DNA of 64,000 nucleotides from Thermoanaerobaculia bacterium (GTDB lineage Bacteria; Acidobacteriota; Thermoanaerobaculia; Multivoradales; UBA5704): NCBI GenBank assembly GCA_035544895.1, contig DASZZM010000026.1, positions 35,914 to 99,913 of the forward strand, read 5' to 3'. Shown piece by piece: positions 62,876 to 64,000 of this stretch (position 1 is its first letter; each line of letters starts with the position of its first letter). The notes under the pieces were generated by a model. It saw only the letters and a program-made list of their open reading frames with translations, ran no database searches and was not told where the DNA came from. The position numbers and the translations under genes were made by a program.

Positions 62876-63433
62876 TCAACGAGATCTTCCGAGGCTCGCG
62901 AGGCGACCCGAGCCTTCGGTGCCTGTCCGCTTCGCCGGGCTCCACGTCTCCAGATAGACACTCCGGACCCCCTCGACCACGCTTCGCCACAGCCAGCGGG
63001 TGCGGACTTCGACCGCCGCGGCCGCGCCCAGCCGTTGTCGCAGCTCGGGGCTCGCCGCCAGCGCGACGAGTGTGTGGGTGAGGGCGTCCACGTCCTTGGG
63101 CGGAAAGAGGAGCCCGGTCCGTCCATGGTCCAGGGTCCGCACCCGATCGAGAGCGCCGCTGATCGCCTCCGCGTGGCCGAGCTGGAAGATCTCCACTCCC
63201 GGGGCATCGGCAGCGCAGTCGTCCGCACAGGCACCCGGCGCCCGGACGGTGGCGCCATAGCAGGTGTACCCCCGGCCGACGAGCAGCACCCCGACCGCCA
63301 TCCCGGCGCGCGCGGAAGCCGTCGCCAGGCCGCCTACGGCGGTTCCCAGCCCACCCCAGACGAAGGGAGGAAACTCACCGGTCAGGTGCAGGACCCGGAG
63401 ACGGCAACGTCCCGTGGCGAGGTTCACCGGCAT
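62876..63433 (-). pseudogene. Internally truncated GT4 (group-1) glycosyltransferase.
   Basis: The N-terminus RVLHLTGEFPPFVWGGLGTAVGGLA is the start of a GT4 domain. The C-terminus TGLLFPPKDVDALTHTLVALAASPELRQRLG is the end of a GT4 C-domain. The protein is only 185 aa, against about 370 expected. Confidence 0.45.
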
Positions 63434-63472
63434 CCGCTCCTCGGCGCCGTCGCGGCGATCTGCCGGCTGGCG

Positions 63473-64000
63473 CTAGAGGACCTCCTTGATCTGGATCTTG
63501 CGGAAGGCGACCCGGCCGGTGTGGGTCTGCAAGCCAATGAAAGAAGGGCTCTCCGTGCCGCGCGCCGGGTCGGGGTTCAGGTACTCGGTGATCTTCTCTC
63601 CATTGAGAAAGACGGTGTAGCGCTGCCCCTCGGCATGAATCTCGAACTCGTTCCACTGCCCGGGCGCCTTCACCGGCAACGCGTCGGGGTTCGCCGGACC
63701 GGCGAAGCCGTAGATCGCACCGGTCTTGTGGATGGCGGCGCCGTCGTCACGGGCGAGCTGATCGATCTGCACCTCGAATCCGAATTGAATCGCCACATAG
63801 GCGGTGTTGTCGTACCCCTTGCCGTTGGGATCGGGGAAGCGCACGAAGACGCCTGAGTTGTCGTCGTCGCGGAAGCTCATCCACTCCAGCTTGAGGATGA
63901 AATTCGCCGGCGTCGGCTCGGTGTGCCAGAAGAGGCCGAGGTCGGTGCCGGGCAACGATTCGAGCGCGCCATCGACGACCAAGAAGGTGCCGGGGTTGTC
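63473..64000 (-). CDS. DUF1080 (3-keto-disaccharide hydrolase-like) family protein, C-terminal part. The gene continues past the right edge.
   Basis: C-terminal sequence ...NEFEIHAEGQRYTVFLNGEKI...FIGLQTHTGRVAFRKIQIKEV, typical of the DUF1080/LamG-like family. The frame is open to the window end. Confidence 0.6.
   Translation of the reverse strand, partial: DNPGTFLVVDGALESLPGTDLGLFWHTEPTPANFILKLEWMSFRDDDNSGVFVRFPDPNGKGYDNTAYVAIQFGFEVQIDQLARDDGAAIHKTGAIYGFAGPANPDALPVKAPGQWNEFEIHAEGQRYTVFLNGEKITEYLNPDPARGTESPSFIGLQTHTGRVAFRKIQIKEVL

Overview
This is a high-GC (about 70%) bacterial chromosomal segment. It carries two ADOP-type FtsX permeases of ~800 aa, a family typical of Acidobacteria, which suggests (inference) an acidobacterial origin. 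Coding runs on both strands, so the many long alternative-frame and antisense ORFs in the six-frame track are GC artefacts.

The window has four parts:

1. Positions 1..2400: the start of a permease gene (running off the left edge), a secreted YVTN beta-propeller protein and one doubtful small secreted protein.
2. Positions 2420..11850: a lower-GC accessory island of about 9.4 kb. It is bounded by two ~47-bp direct repeats derived from the 3' half of a tRNA; the left one sits inside a degenerate 75-nt tRNA-Met(CAT)-like sequence. The island carries these genes:
   - an AraC regulator;
   - an ADOP/FtsX permease;
   - a strongly RBS-led 35-aa Cys-rich peptide gene, MKRFYAREVETLKTTAAFYGCDPTNCCNYQCCTDG;
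   - a gene, separated from the peptide gene only by a strong hairpin, encoding a PqqD-like RiPP-recognition element (RRE) fused to a membrane site-2-protease (M50-like; HEFCH plus a SDG motif in a later TM segment that I read as the S2P LDG-type motif);
   - a translationally coupled 664-aa TPR protein;
   - a secreted protein;
   - an array of 23-bp tandem repeats;
   - a truncated DUF3631 mobile-element protein.
   I read this as a candidate undescribed RiPP-like peptide maturation and export system. It is the most interesting thing in the window.
3. Positions 11890..25950: housekeeping and accessory genes, namely:
   - an M20 peptidase;
   - an SDR oxidoreductase;
   - trxB;
   - a ChlI-like ATPase and vWA protein pair;
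   - an MNT/HepT toxin-antitoxin pair;
   - two paralogous lipoproteins flanking an RHH-Phd fused antitoxin-like gene;
   - a TrmL-like methyltransferase;
   - a SAM methyltransferase;
   - a Tat-secreted multicopper oxidase;
   - a TolC-like outer-membrane protein.
4. Positions 25965..53617: two giant NRPS genes (4409 aa and 5034 aa) that overlap by ATGA. Together they give seven adenylation modules with this domain order:
   - NRPS1: T-C-A-T-C-A-T-E-C-A(MT)-T.
   - NRPS2: C-A-T-C-A-T-C*-A-T-C-A-T-TE, where C* is a condensation-like domain whose HHxxxDG catalytic motif reads SEPFLDGW.
   - An M48 protease gene follows directly. Copper/metal-resistance-like genes flank the NRPS on both sides, and a TauD-family dioxygenase and an ECF sigma factor sit convergently downstream.

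Other observations:
- A 40-bp REP-like element occurs in-frame both inside an NRPS adenylation domain and as a tandem array that extends the C-terminus of the ChrB-like protein.
- Several in-frame short tandem repeats lie within coding regions.

No rRNA or CRISPR was seen.
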